DNA from: Chiloscyllium plagiosum | Taxonomy: Eukaryota | Assembly (NCBI RefSeq): GCF_004010195.1 | Contig: NC_057755.1 | Span: 11,996,438-12,060,437 of the forward strand | Reading direction: 5' to 3' | Length of the DNA: 64,000 bases | Shown here: positions 10,482-24,441 of the stretch, piece after piece | How positions within the stretch are numbered: the stretch's first letter is position 1 | Layout of the letters: the number at the start of each line of letters is the position of its first letter | Notes under the pieces: generated by a model | Database searches by the model: none | What the model saw: only the letters and a program-made list of their open reading frames with translations | Told to the model about the DNA's origin: nothing | Program-made: the position numbers and the translations under genes

Positions 10482-12504
10482 TGATTGGTCTGATAGAGTG
10501 TGGAAAACATTAATACGTTGCATTGTCTATAAGAAGATGAAATTATCCATTTTCACAACAATGAGAGAGTGGAGAGATCTGATTGTCCTGTGTAGTCGAG
10601 GTTAGTATGCAATTCAGCTAGTAATTATACAAAAGCCAAAAGCATATTAGTGATTATTGTGAGGGAAATTGTCTACAAAAATAAAAATTTTGTGTTTCAG
10701 TTATAGAGGATGCAGGTAAGATCGCATTTGCTGTACTGTGTGCAGTATTAGTATATAACTATGTTGGAGGCAGTTCATGAAGGTTTGCCAACTTGTAACT
10801 TCAATGGGTAGTTAATTTTGAGGAAAGGTGGACAGGCTAGGGTTCAGAAGAATAAAAGCAGCTCAATCTGACAATGTCAGTGTGGAGAGGATGTTTCCTC
10901 TTATTGGAGATTCCAGAAATAGACTATTTAAAAAGGTGTCACTCACTTAAGACAGCTGTGAGGTGAAATTCTTTTTCTGGAGGTCATGAATCTTTGAAAC
11001 TCTCTTCCTGAAAAGACAGTGGAAGCAGAGTCTTTGAAAATTTTTAAGGCAGAGATAGATCTTGGTAAGCAATTGAGTGAACAATTTAGCAGAAGTAGTG
11101 ACTTAGACCCTTTTTTTTAAAAGGGCATTTGTAAGCAGCTGACTTAATATGACGTAATAGAGTGTTAGAATTAACTCTGCTTGAGTTAAGCAGAGGAAGA
11201 GAGGGGTATTTGATTAACTTTTCCTCAACTAAACAGCTGATTGATAAGTAGGATTAGTGAGTATTTCTAGTCTTTAAAGGGAAAGTAAGGTCTTTATTTT
11301 GTTTTCAGGTCTCTCGACTTTACCTCTTAAAAATACTTTTAAGTATGAGGTGTAGAAAAGTACAACAAAGTGTATTAAAGAGTATAGAAGTGATTAAATT
11401 GAAATAGAAAGATGTCTGGTCAGATGGTGTGTTGCTGCTTGGTGCTGCTAGATACCGTGTTGATCCAGTGTGCATACATCTGTAGCAGCTCAAACAACTT
11501 TGGATTCAAACAGAGGAGCTCAAGTCCGAGCTGTTGTGCCACATGAGGGAGGGAGGGGGAAGTTACCTGGTTGCTTTGTTTCAGGAGGGAGTCATTCCCA
11601 TCTGATTAGATAATTCAGATTTGTCTGTCATCAGGGTCAGGAGTGTGTTACTACTTGTGAAGCAGGAATTGGGACCCTAAGTTGAGGAGGAGAAAACATT
11701 TAGTAGATACTATTGCAATGAGTACTGTCAATGATTAAATTTAAGTCTGAGATACCATTAAAAGGGTTCTAATTGACTGAACATCTTCCAGCATTGTACA
11801 TATGGGATGGAAGCGCAATAACTGTGATCTTAGTAGTCAGGGGTGCTGCGGTGATGACCTTTGATAAATAACTTTTGTTAACTTATGTCTGTGGTCTTGT
11901 GCCAATTTAAATGCTCTGTCTAGGAAATTAATACTTGTATATTTTGGCTTTAAGTTTAATGGAGTGTTCATAATTATTGAGGATATTGGTGAATCTCTGC
12001 TTTTGCTTCATGAGAATTTGTATATTGCATAGGTAAAGAAGGCAATGTTACTACATGACTGCATTGCCTAAAAAATTAATGAGAATGCAGAAGAAATGCC
12101 TACAAATCAAAATGTAGCCCTTGAGAAAATGTCAAAGACCCCTCAAAAATAAGTGTTAACCATTCAGTACGTAAAGTCCCATTGCATGCTGAGCGAAATA
12201 TCTCCCTTGTTGGAGATGGTCATTGTTGTTGTGTGACATAAAAGTCACTTGTCACTTACCAAGCCTTCCTGAATGCACACCCTTTTGCAAGTTAATTCCT
12301 GGCACTTGCCTTGGATTTGACTCTTACGAAATGCCACCATCTCAATATCTATTTATTAAGAATTAACTTAACAGTGAAAGTGATTGGACAACAGCATTAT
12401 CAGCCAGCATTGTTGGGGTAAAGGAATATCAGTGAGGGTGGTTCGAGCTGAGGCCTAGCTAGTCAGTCTTGGGGCTGTGTTTGTGGGCAGAAGATGGTTA
12501 TAAA

Positions 12505-13850
12505 ACGTAGAACAGTACAGCACCATACAGGCCCATCGACCCTCGATGTTGTGCTGACATTTTATCTTACTCTAAGATCAAACTAAACTACCTACCTTAC
12601 ATTTTACTATCATCCATGTGCCTATCTAAGAATCACTGAAGTGTCCCTAATGTCTCTGTTTCTACTACCACTGCCGGCAAGGCATTCCAGGCAGCCACCA
12701 CATTTGTTTAAGGAACTGACCTCTGACATCTCCCCTATGTCTTCCTCCGATCATCTTAAAATTATACTCCCTCATAATTTCCACCCTGGCAAAAGGTCTC
12801 TGGCCACTCTATCTATGCCTCTCAACATCTTGTACACCTCTATCAAGTCACCTCTCATTCTCTCATCCTCCTTTGCTTCAGTGAGCTCCCTCAGGTTTCC
12901 ATCATAAGACTTGCCCTCCAGTCCAGGTAGCATCCTGGTAAATCTACTCTGCATCCTCACTAAAGCTTCCACATCCTTCCTATAATGAGGTGACCAGAAC
13001 TGAACACAATATTCCAAGTGTGGTCAAATCAGGATTCTATAGCGCTGCAGCATAACAGCATGGCTCTTAAACTCAGTCCCCCTACTAATGAAAGCCGACA
13101 GATCATATGCCTTCTTAACAACCCTATCAACTTGGGTGGCAACTTTGAAGGATCTATGGATGTGGACCCAAGATCCCTCTGTTCCTCCACACTGCCAAGA
13201 ATCCTGCCTTTAACCCTGTAATCTGCATTCAAATTCAATTTTCCAAGATAAATCACTTCATACTTTTCCAGGTTGAACTCCATCAGCTCTCATCCTGTCG
13301 CTGTCCTGTTGCAACCTACAACAGCCCTCCACACTATCCACAACTCCACCAACCTTTCTGTCATTGGCAAACTTACTAACCTCCCCTTCCACTTCCCCAA
13401 CCAAGTCATTTATAAAATTCTGAAAGAGCAGAGGTCCCAGAACCGATACCTGTGGAACATCCTACTTTCCATCTACTGCCACCTTCTGTCTTCTATGGGC
13501 CAGCCAGTTCTATATCTGGACAGCCAAGTTTTGCTGTTTCCCATGCTTTGTTACTTTTTGAATGAACCTACTATGGGGAACCTTATCAAAGGTCTTGCTA
13601 AAATCCATATACACCGCATCCACTGCTTTACCTTCAATATGTTTTGTCACATCATCAAATAATTCAGTTAGAGGCATGGCCTGCCCCTCACTTAGCCATG
13701 CTGACTACCTCTAATCAAGCTATGTGTTTCCAAATAATCATAAATCCTATCTCTCCGAACCCCCTCCAATAACTTGCCCGATATAAGCCTGACTGTAATT
13801 CCCAGGGTTATCCCTATTCCTTTTCTTGTACAAGGGAATAACATTTTTGT
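12505..13850 (-). mobile_element. CR1-like LINE 3' part with 3' UTR
   Basis: EYCVQFWSPHYRKDVEAL, RGDLIEVYK and MEFNLEK motifs; the tail reads agaacagtacagcac on the + strand. Confidence 0.9.
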
Positions 13851-14086
13851 TGTGGCAACATGTTGCATCTTTGATAGCGTGGCCTGTTACCCAAGCCAAC
13901 TTGAAGCAATGGGCTTTTATGTGAGCTTCTCGACCACTGCCGTGGCACTGAAGCTGAGGAAGTAATGACTTCAGGAAGAGAGGGAGAACTGCCTAAAGAA
14001 ACAACTGATCAATAATTACAAAAGGAAGCGGTTACTTGAATAAACTGCAGGAACTGCATAAAGATAATCTGTTACTTATCATTTAG

Positions 14087-14166
14087 ATTGGAACTCCACC
14101 ATTGGACACCCATGAACACTTCCTGGAAGAAGAGGAGAGGTTGAGTGAGCAGGAGAGACATAAAAG
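14087..14166 (+). CDS. KIFBP: KIFBP coding exon 3 (80 nt; not in the ORF track)
   Basis: Acceptor atcatttag|ATT; translates IGTPPLDTHEHFLEEEERLSEQERHK(R), matching the KBP GxPPLD..FL.EEE.L.EQER segment; donor AG|gtatgg; phase 0/2. Confidence 0.93.
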
Positions 14167-14939
14167 GTATGGTGGTCTTTAACCTGTCAGAGATCAAATG
14201 GGAAGTTTGTCTGTAAACAACTGAGGCCATCTGAAGAAGTACGAGTATTGGTAGCTCTGAAATTACAAAGCAATTTTGTGTCTGAGCTCTCAGTAGTACA
14301 GATGAAACTGAATTTCAGCCAGCCATCAGGTTTTTCTGCTAATTTTGTTGAGGTAATCTGAATTTTTTGAGGAGATAACACAAGTGGTAAATAAAGAAAT
14401 GTGTGCGGGTATTGTTGACATGGACTTCTACAAAACATTTGATACATTTCTATTCAAAAGAAATGATTAATAAAAATGGCCAAATGTTTACTGGAAGATC
14501 AACTGTTAGGGAGGAGTTGCGTTAATTTGATGGGAAAGGAACCTGAAAATAGCAGCAATGTCCTGCAGGATGCTGAAGATCTGAAATAAAAACAAGTAAT
14601 GCTATAGAAACTCATCAGGTCTGGCAGCCATCTGTGGAGAGAGAACCAGAGCTAATGTTTTAAGTCCAGTATGACTTCACAAGATGCTATCATCAAAAAT
14701 GAGTAATTCTGGACTAGAAACGTCAATCCTTTCTTTCCGCAAGTGCTACAGGATATGGATGACTTTCTTGAGTACTTTCTGTTTTATTTCAGGAAATAGC
14801 AGCACTGAGATCAAAAGAAAGAGATATAAAGCAGCATTAAAGTTAAAAATGTCTCAAAATTGCAGGCTAGAGCTAAGGGAAGTAGAAGTGGTGCTACCGG
14901 TATTAATTTGGATTTTTTTAGAAAAAATGTTGGAATCAA

Positions 14940-15396
14940 TTTTACAAGGATGTTGCCAGGGTTGGAGGATTTGAGCTATAGGGAGACATTGAATAGGATG
15001 GGGCTGTTTTCCCTGTAGTGACAGAGGCAGAGGGGTGACCTTATAGAGATTTATAAAATTCATGAGGGGCATGGATAGGACAAGTAGACAGTCTCTTCCC
15101 TGCGGTGGGGGAGTTCAGAACTAGAGGGCATAGGTTTAGGGTGAAATGGGAAAAATATAAAAGAGACCGACGGGGCAACTTTTTTATGCAGAGGTTGCTG
15201 CGTGTATGGAATGAGCTGCCAGAGGAAGTGGTGGAGGCTGGTACAATTGCAGCATTTAAAAGGCATCTGGATGGGTATATGAATAAGAGGGGTTTGGAGG
15301 GATATGGGCCGGCCGTTGGCAAGTGGGACTAAATTGGGTTATGATATCTGTTGGCATGGACGAAGGGTCAGTTTCTGTGCTGTCATCTCTATGAAT
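14940..15396 (+). mobile_element. CR1-like LINE 3' end
   Basis: RTRGHRFRV...RGNFF...VWNELPEEVVEAGTI...FKRHLD motif followed by 3' UTR. Confidence 0.88.
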
Positions 15397-16324
15397 CTAA
15401 TTATTAAAGGAGTAATAGCACATTTGAAAAATCATAAACAAATCAAGCAGAGTCAAAATGAAAGGGACCTCTTGCATGACTAACATATTAGAGTTTTTCA
15501 AGGAAATTTCAACCAGAGTAGATGGTGGAACCAGTGGATGTGTTGTATTTATCCTTCCAGAAAGCATTTGACGAGGTATCTTCGAAAAGGTTAAGTCATA
15601 AGTTAGGAGCTTGTTGTGTTGGAGGTAAGTGGCTGTGAGAAATATCAGTGTTGAGACTGAGGTACTGGAAAAGCACAGCAGGTCAGGCCGCATCCGAGAA
15701 GCAGGAGAATCGCCGTTTCTGGCAAGAGCCCATCATCAGGAAATCTGTTTCAGGAAGGACACTGAAAGTGCTGTGACACTGTTCTAGGAGGGGTCTTCTA
15801 ATTTGCTCAGGGAAAAGAGCAAATGACTAGAAGTGAGGCAGGTAAAGGGACCCAAGAGGCAGCATTGCAGGAGCATTAGCTCTTAGAATTGTCAGCAAGT
15901 TTGAGGTACTTCAAATCTCTTAGAGAAGAGTGTGAACTGCATGGGTAAATGAACTACCTGACCAGAATACTGCATCCAGGAAACCATTCAAGTGAGGGGA
16001 GTAAATAGAATTGCAGTGGTAGTATAAGTCTGTGTACTGAAGGGGATAGCTATGTTTTTCTCTAGCTGATGGCTGTGTTGCCTGCCAGGATTTTGGATAC
16101 CTGCAGTGGGCTGGAGAGGAACCTGCTGTAGGACAAAGCAGTGATTGTGGTACATATAGGTACCACCAATATGGATCGGAATAAGATGTACTGCTGAGGG
16201 AATATAAGCAGTTAGGGGCTAAAGTAAGAAACAAAACTTATAAGGCATAATAATCTATGGATTACTACTTGAGCCACAAGCAAATTGGTGCTGAATGAGA
16301 TTTGAGAGATGAATGCATGGCTTA

Positions 16325-17200
16325 TAGAACATAGAAAAGTACAGCACAGAACAGTCCCATTGGCCCATGATGTTGTGTAAAATATAGTAACTTAACCTAC
16401 ACACCCCTCAACTCACTGCTATCCATGTGCATATCCAGCAGTCCCTTAAATGTCCCCAGTGACTTCGCTTCCACCACCTCAGCTGACAACGCATTCCATG
16501 CGTTCACAACTCTCTGCGTAAAGAACCTACCTCTGATGTCTCCTTTATACCTTCTTCTTAATACCTTCAAGCTATGACTTCTCTTACCAGTCAATCCTGC
16601 CCTGGGTAAAAGTCTCTGGCTATTGACTCTATCTATTCCTCTCATTATTTTGTACAACTTGATCAGGTCTCCTCTCATCCTCCTCCTCTCCAGAGACAAA
16701 AGTCTGAGCTTATTCAACCTTTCTTCATAAGTCAAGCCCTTCACTCCTGGTAAACCTTCTTTGCACCCTCTCCAAAGCCTCTCTATCTTTCCGAAAGTAG
16801 GGCGACCAGAACTGGACACAATATTCCAAGTGTGGTCTCACCAGGGACTTGTAGAGCTGCAGCAAAATCTCATGGCTCTTAAACTGGATAACCCTGTTAA
16901 TGAAAGCCAAAACATCATATGCTTTCTTATCAACCCTATCCACTTGGGTGGCAACTTTGAGGGATCTATGTACTTGCAAATCCAGATCCCTCTGTTCCTC
17001 CACACTGCCAAGAATCCTGTCTTTATCCTATATTCAGCATTTGAGTTCGACCTTCCAAAATGCATCACTTTGCATTTATCCAGGTTGAACTCCATCTGCC
17101 ATCTCGCAGCCCAGCTCTGCATCCTGTCTATTGCGCTGCAGCCTGCAGTAGTTCTCTATACTATCGACGACACTTCCAACCTTTGTGTCATCTGCAATGT
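16325..17200 (-). mobile_element. CR1-like LINE 3' part
   Basis: LVRPHLEYCVQFWSP, WQMEFNLDKCKVMHFG and RFFTQRVVNAWNAL motifs; (atagaac)n-type tail. Confidence 0.9.
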
Positions 17201-17388
17201 GATGTCGGAGAAATAGGGTTTGTTCATTTGGAACTGGCATCCATACTAGGGAAAGTGAAAGGTATTCTGTTGGGATGGTCTACCCCAGAAAGAAAGAAAT
17301 GGGACATTCAAGAAATATACTGCAATTATCATAGGTGACTTTAATCTATGTGTAGATTGGGATCATCAGATTGGAAACAATAGCCTGG

Positions 17389-17710
17389 GGAGGCACAGTG
17401 GCTCAGTGGTTAGCACTGTTGCCTCACAGCTCCAAGGACCCGGGTTCGATTCCAGCCTCGGGCGACTGTTTGTGTGGAGTTTGCGCATTCTCCCCATGTC
17501 AGCGTGGGTTTCCTCTGGGTGTCCCAGTTTCCTCCCACAATCCAAAGATGTGCAGGTCAGGTGAATTGGCCATGCTAAAATTGCCCATAGTGTTAAGTGC
17601 ATTAGTCAGAGGGAAATGGATCAGGGTGGGTTCCTCTTTGGAGGGTTGGGGTGGACTTGTTGGGCCAATGGCCTGTTCCCTGTTTCCACACTGTAGGGAA
17701 TCTAATCTAA
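17389..17710 (+). mobile_element. HE1-type tRNA-derived SINE
   Basis: A-box ggcacagtggctcagtggtt, B-box gggttcgattcc, V-SINE-like core, and a CR1-derived tail ending (tctaa)n. Confidence 0.88.
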
Positions 17711-18684
17711 GAACCGTGTTGGGACCAATGTGCTGGCAAATCATATAACTATGGCATGAGACAGGGTTTTAAACTAAATAGTGGGGTGGAAGAGAGTGAT
17801 AGGCAATATTTTAAAAGTAATGAAGCAACATTATATAGGGGCAGCATTTTGAGTATTGATTTCCAAAGACGAGAGTGTGATGCTGGAAAAGCACAGCAAG
17901 GTCAGGCAGCATCCAAGGAGCAGGAGGATCGATGTTTCGGGCATAAGCCCTTTATCGGGAAAGCCTTCCAGCACCACATTCTCCATTCTGATCGCCAGCA
18001 TCTGCAGTCCTCACTTTCTCCTAATGATTTCCAAAGTACGCCAGGATGGGTCAGGACATATGTGCGTACATACAAACAAGAATATGTCAACAGGTAAGGC
18101 CAGATTTTGTCAAAATTATAAATAAAATGGGAGGCCTTGTATATTATAATACAGACAGCATTGTTAGCATAGATAGAGAGAAATATGTACGATCTGACAA
18201 ACATCACAGATATTTGGTTGAAATGTCACCAAGGGAGGACCAGGACAATAATAGGATACCTTTGTAAATTAGGGATGTTAATGCAGTGCTGAAAGATGAC
18301 AGGTTCAAAAGAGCAAGCATCAGTTTGGATAGAGGTAAGAAATAGTAAAGGTAATTTGTCACCTGTGGTTGTAGTTTCTAGACTCCTTAATAGTTCCACT
18401 GTAGAAGAGAATAAGCAGAAAGAAAGAAATGGGACATGCAAAAAATATATTGCGATTATCATGGGTGATTTTAGTCTACACGTAGATTGGGATAATCAGA
18501 TTGGCAACAATAGCCTGGAAAGTAAGTTGGGTGTTTTGTAGGTGATTTCTTAGAGCAAAGCATTCTAGAGTGAACCAGGGAGGACACTTTCCTAGTCTTG
18601 GTCAGAAGCAATGTGACAGGATTAATCAATAACTTCTTGGTAAAGGAGTCTCTAAGGGACGCGAATCACAAAACGATAGAATTA

Positions 18685-20605
18685 GTTAAAAATCACAGAA
18701 CACCAGGTTATAGTCCAACAGGATTATTTAGAAGCACTAGCTTTTGGAACACTGCTAATTCATCAGGTATTTGTGGAGCAGGATCATAAGACACAGAATT
18801 TATAGCAATAGATCACAATGTCATGCATGCAACTGATTGTTAAGTCTTTCAACTTGTAGAATGGGTTGCTGATTTCGGTTCATTAAAAGTAAATCCCAGA
18901 ACTTCTTTCAAATCGCATTCTTGAGATAACTTAAAGTTTTATTTTTAAAAAGTGACTTCTCAACTCAAGAGAATGCATTAAAGGTGTGACGTTAGAGTCT
19001 GTCTGTCTATCCCAATCTTGAATCAAACTGGTTCTGTTTCCAAAATAGGAATTTATAAAAAATGTTACATGGATTGACTGCCTGCAGATTGTGTGCTTTT
19101 TGAGCAAAATAGAATTTTTTTGCAATTCCAGTTCTGCAAATGCAAATTAACCCCATAAATTTATGTGAGTGTGTGTATGTGATAGTATGTGTTTGCGTGA
19201 ATGCACCTTTCGGGGGGGTGTATATGTGTGTGTGTGTCTGAGAGAGAGCATGTATGTGAGAAAGGGTCTGCGTGAGTATATAAGTGTGTATGTGTGAGAG
19301 TGTATAGTGTAGTGGGGTCACCTGTAGTGTGACATGAACCCAAGGTCCCGGTTGAGGCCGTCCTCATGGGTACTGAATTTGCCTATCAACCTCCGTTCAG
19401 TCACTCTGCGTTGTTGCGTATCCAGAACTCCACTTTGGAGGATGGTCACCTGAAGATCCGAGGTCGAATGTCCCTGATCACTGCAGTGTTCCCCAACTGG
19501 GAAGGAACCTCCCTGCCTGGCGATTGTTGCATTGTGTCCGTTCATCCATTGTCATAGTGTCTGCTTGGTCTCGCCAGTGTACCATGCCTTGGGACATTCT
19601 TGTTTGAGCCGTAAGAGATAGACAACATCGGCTGAATCACATGAGTACCTGCTGTGTACATGGTGGGTAGTGTCCCCCGTGTAATGGTAGTATCCATGTT
19701 GACACTCTGACACACAGTGGTTGCCCTGACAGGGTTGTGTGATGTTGTGGTCGATGTTGTCTTGAAGGCTAAGCAGTTTGCTTTGAACAGTGGTCTATTT
19801 AAGGTTTGGTGGTTGTTTATAGGTGAGGAGTAGAGGCATAAGGAAGGTCTTGGCGAAGTGCTCATCCTCTTCGATAATGTGTCCCAGGCTGCAAAGAATA
19901 TGGCATAGTTTCTCCGCTCCCAGGAAGTACTGAACAACAAAGGGTACCCTATCGGTCACATCCCGTATCTGTCTCCTGAGGACGTAATTATGGTTTCTCA
20001 CTGTGGCACATTGGAACCGGCGATCAATGGATTGAGCATCATATCCTGTTCTTATGGGGTGTCTTTCTGGATCTTCAGGTGTCCGTTGCGTTCCTCCTCC
20101 TCTGAACAGATCCAGTGTATGCGTAGGGCTTGTCTGCACGGGATGGCTGTTTTAATATGTTTAAGGTGGAAGCTAGAGAAGTGCAGCATTGGAAGTTACC
20201 TGTGCATTTGGGGTAGAGTGTGGGACTGAGGTGCCTTTACTTGATGGAGATGTGTGTGTCCAAAAATGAGACAGATACTAAAGAGTAATCCATGGTAAGT
20301 CTGATAGTGGGATGAAACTTGTTGATATCATTGTACAGTTGTTTCAGTGACTCCTCACCATGGGTCCAGAGGAAGAAAATGTCGTCAATATATCTGGTAT
20401 ATGGTGCTGGTCAGAGGTCCTGTGCAGCAAAGCCGTCTTGCTCAAACTTGTGCACAAAAATATTGGTATATTTGGTGCAAATTTAGTCTCCTTGGCTGTT
20501 CCGTGTGTCTGGATGAAAAACTAGTTGTCAAAAGTGAAAACGTTGTGGTCGAGGATGAAGCGGATGAGTTGTAGAATGGTGCTCTGAGATTGGCAGTTGG
20601 TGGTT
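18685..20605 (-). mobile_element. Penelope-like element (RT C-terminal part, GIY-YIG region, pLTR), decayed; includes a (TG)n tract at ~19160-19310
   Basis: The minus strand gives ILQLIRFILDHNVFTFDN, RVPFVVQYF.GAEKL and MNGH...VGEH...LGFMSHY. The pLTR at 18685-18770 carries a degenerate hammerhead. Confidence 0.8.
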
Positions 20606-22149
20606 TTGAGTAATGAGGAATAATAGGGGATAGAAATCAGGAGTGGGAGTGGTCCACAGCCCCCTATGACTAAGTTTGATCCATATATGGCGTTATTTTC
20701 CAATGTGGAGAGTCTGATTTAGGTACTCATACAAGGTACTCATCAGCCTTCACCTAGAATTCCATGAAGAGCTCTGAGCTTGACAGGCTAGGTATGGAGG
20801 GTTGTTTCTCTTTGTGACACAGTCCAGCACCATTTGGAATAATCTCAGTGTGAGAGGTTGCCCATTTAAGATGGATGAAGAAGAATTTCGTCTGCCAGAG
20901 GTAGTAAGACTGGAATTCATTATTGCAGATGACTATTGAGACTGGGTCTTTCAATATATTCAAAGTGAAGACAGACAAAATTTTTAATCAGTAAGAGAAT
21001 AGAGGGTTATAGGGAAGAGGCAAAAAAGTAACATGAGGAATATCACATCAGTCATGATCTTGGGCTCAGCTTGATAAGTGCGAACTTCTGCTCCAATATC
21101 TTATGATTTTAGGTAATGAGAATGCCTGTCCTCTTGAGTGAAAATGGGGAGTTAATCATAGATACTAAGGAATTGTATAAAGTGAATATATTTTGCTTTG
21201 AATGCAAAAGAAAATCCACTAATATTGGTGAAAAAAGATACATTTTATTGAGGCTTTTCATCTTGCAGTCATCAGGACAGTTAACAGGCAATGCAACAAA
21301 AACAGAAATTGCTGGAAAAGCTTAGCAAGTCTGGCAGCATCTGTGGAGAGAAATCAATTAATGTTTTGGGTCCAGTGATTCTTTCTTAGAACTTCTGTCA
21401 AAGGGAAAAGCCACGTTTGTACGAGGAGAGTGCATATTGGTTAGCAGGTAATTGGTAGAGGTGTTGCCATGGAGAATACACCATTTATTGATGACTCACA
21501 GCTAACTGCTACTCTTTCTATAAATTTTATACCAGGCAGTTTGATTGTCAATGCCCTGACAAATTACCCAAGAATGGCTGTCATTTATGTTGTTCAGTTG
21601 AAACAGGCACAATGTGTATACATGTTCTTTGTTTCTAACAATGCTCAACTTCTATACTACAAAATGACAATTTGTATTCCAGCAATAGCTGTGAACCAAG
21701 AGATGGATAGGAGAGAGGAATTTGATAAAATAATATTCACTAGGACAGCGGTACTGAGAAAATTGCTGGAACTGCAGCTTTAAGTGTCTGGGTCCTGCCT
21801 TAGAATCTTAAAAGTGTTAGCTATTTTTTGTCTTAATTTTCCAAAATTTGCTAGATTCTTGAAAGGTTCCATTAGAGTGGCAAGTAACAAATATTGAAGA
21901 AAGGAGAAAGGCAGAAAATACAGGCCGGTTAGCATGACCCCTGTCATAGGGTAAGTGTTGAAGGTGATTATTAAGAAATTTATAGCTGGCCACCTAGAAA
22001 ACCCTAAGATAGTTTAGAGGAGTCAGCTGCTTACCTGCTAAATTGTAACTAGTTTTGAAGGGCTTTTGCCGGAAAGGTCGATTCTCCTGCCCCTCGGTTG
22101 CTGACTGACCTGCTGTGCTTTTCCAGCACCGCACTCTCGATTCTAATCT

Positions 22150-22460
22150 CCAGCATCTGACAACACATTTATCCTCGGACAAGTCAAACAGAGATATGCA
22201 CGAGAATTCCTCGAAGCATGGCATTCCAACCGCAACTCTATCAACAAACACATTAAGTTGGATCCAGTTTACCAACCTCCTGGGAAAAATAACAGGAAAT
22301 AATATCACCACAGGAAATGATATAATCAACCCAAGGAAACCTAAACACAAATAAAAAGCGGGCCAAACCACCAGTGCTTCACCGGAGGCTCACTGATGAT
22401 GTGTGGCGACGAAATGTCTGAAATCGAACCTTCCAGCTCAGCAACAAAATTTACATCTAT
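22150..22460 (+). mobile_element. Penelope-like 3' end/pLTR (second family) with hammerhead at 22390-22421
   Basis: gca cga gaa ttc ctc gaa gca tgg cat tcc (AREFLEAWHS, GIY-YIG C-terminal part), then tca-ctgatga-...-gac-gaaa-tgtc-tga. Confidence 0.75.
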
Positions 22461-22471
22461 GACTTGTATTC

Positions 22472-22795
22472 TAGATTAGATTAGATTAGATTAGATTACA
22501 GTGTGGAAACAGGCCCTTCGGCCCAACAAGTCCACACCGCCCCGCCGAAGCGAAACCCACCCATACCCCTACATTTACCCCTTACCTAACACTACAGGTA
22601 ATTTAGCATGGCCAATTCACCTGACCCAACACATCTTTGGATTGTGGGAGGAAACCGGAGCACCCGGAGGAAACCCACGCAGACACGGGGAGAACGTGCA
22701 AACTCCACACAGTCAGTCGCCTGAGGCGGGAATTGAACCCGGGTCTCTGGCGCTGTGAGGCAGCAGTGCTAACCACTGTACCACCGTGCCGTCCA
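22472..22795 (-). mobile_element. HE1-type SINE with (TAGAT)n tail
   Basis: Reverse complement of the 17389 element, with intact A and B boxes. Confidence 0.9.
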
Positions 22796-23075
22796 CAAAC
22801 TAACTAGGAATTCTAACAAGGAATTCCTGATGAAGAGCTCATGCTTGAAACATCGACTCACCCGCTCCTTGGATGCTGCCTGACTGGCTGTGCTTTTGCA
22901 GCACCACACTTTTCGACTCTGATCTCCAGCTTCTGCAGTCCTCACTTTTTCCAAAATTAACATGAAGCAAATATGAGTAACAGACAAATGAAGGCACAGT
23001 TTCAGTTAAATAGCAATGGGATCAAACAGATCCCACAATTTCCCAGTAATCTACTCCCAACATCAGTGACACTAT

Positions 23076-23764
23076 TGTTATGACATGGGTAAACTCTCCT
23101 GCTTAATTTAAAATCAGCATCACAGAAAAGATTTATCCCATGTAGTAATCTGTAAAACTTTGAGTGGTCAAGAACTATTTAAAGTAAAAAAATTAACAAC
23201 TTTATTTCTTAAAGTATAACAGAATAATTAACTAACAACTATGTACAAGTCCTTACTCTAACTTATCTTTTACCTTCCCTTTTATAATACTAGTCTGGTA
23301 AAACTCCCAATTAAGATTTACAAAACAACACATCTCAAAACCAGGCAGTTCTTCTATTTGGATCCTCGTGTGTCTTTTCTTCTTAGGGATTCTGCTTCAC
23401 AGGTTACTGATCCGAAAAGGTACTTTTAAGAGAGCTATTTTTCAGGCAATCTTTTATCCGCTGGAGCTTGGCAGTTCTCCTTCCAACTGTTCAAATGTTC
23501 CCCTGTCTTATACCCCAGAGCATTAGATTGTGTCATCGGCTTTTATGATGGTCAATATACTCTCTTCAAACTTGATTGGAAATTGGTATTTTTTCAGGGA
23601 ATAATTTAAACTGATTCCAATTTTTTTTTGTCTTTTCGAGGCAACCAGCTAATCCAGTTGTTTGAATTAGTGTTAAATTGTTACGCTATTGAGAGCACTT
23701 GGTGCTGTGTCCAGTAGTTCTGCTGCTTTTAACTCTCTTAAAGTACACACACAACTTCATAGCA
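23076..23764 (-). mobile_element. Solo LTR (Gypsy/ERV type)
   Basis: Termini TGTTATGA...TCATAGCA, a 4-bp duplication ctat on both sides (23072-23075, 23765-23768), and AATAAA on the minus strand near 23201-23206. Confidence 0.7.
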
Positions 23765-24441
23765 CTATGGTTCACCAAATCTTATTAAAACATCACAAAG
23801 GGTCGCAGTGCTTCACTTTTAATGACTTAGCAGTGAAACTCCTTCGCAAGCTGCTCCAAACGTGACTGCCTCAACCATTGCTCATTTTCTGGTGATCCAC
23901 CTTCCTTTCATAGTGTTGTGCCTCAATTTACATACTGAAAATTGAGTCCGCATTTGCTGGAGGTGTTAAAAATTTTAAAAAGTATTCAATTTTCCCCAGT
24001 CTACTTGCCTTTCAATCCCAGATTGCTGCACTTAATGAGAATTGCTATTACTATAAATAGTCTTATTTATAATGTTACAATTATGTCGTCATCATATAAC
24101 TCTATTAGTTAAAATTCAAATCCCTTTATAAACAGACCCTCTACACACATGCATGTAGACAGACGGTAAAAAAACTGGGTGTTATAGGCAGAAAGAAAAC
24201 TTGGGAAAGCAGTTCTTTGGACCTTTCACAGTATTCTCTGAGATGGTTCTTGTGCTGATCGGAGCACTCACTGCTTCTCGATCTTCCTTCTGCTTTCACG
24301 AGCTTGGAGAAGACATGGGATGACGGGTTAGCACTCTGACTTATTAATTAAAAGTACTAACTTGCAGCAACTGCTAAAGGAAAATAAACTGGTTTTCTTC
24401 AAGCTTAATCTGGTTGTTAGTGCAAGAAGCAGCCCTAAAAT

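Noticed and set aside
10262..10523. Repetitive His/Thr-rich ORFs
   Set aside because: These are translations of the minisatellite.
17389..17465. tRNA genes (also ~22720-22795, ~60800-60875, ~44860-44935, ~6050-6110)
   Set aside because: These are tRNA-derived SINE heads continuous with SINE bodies, with no complete cloverleaf evident.
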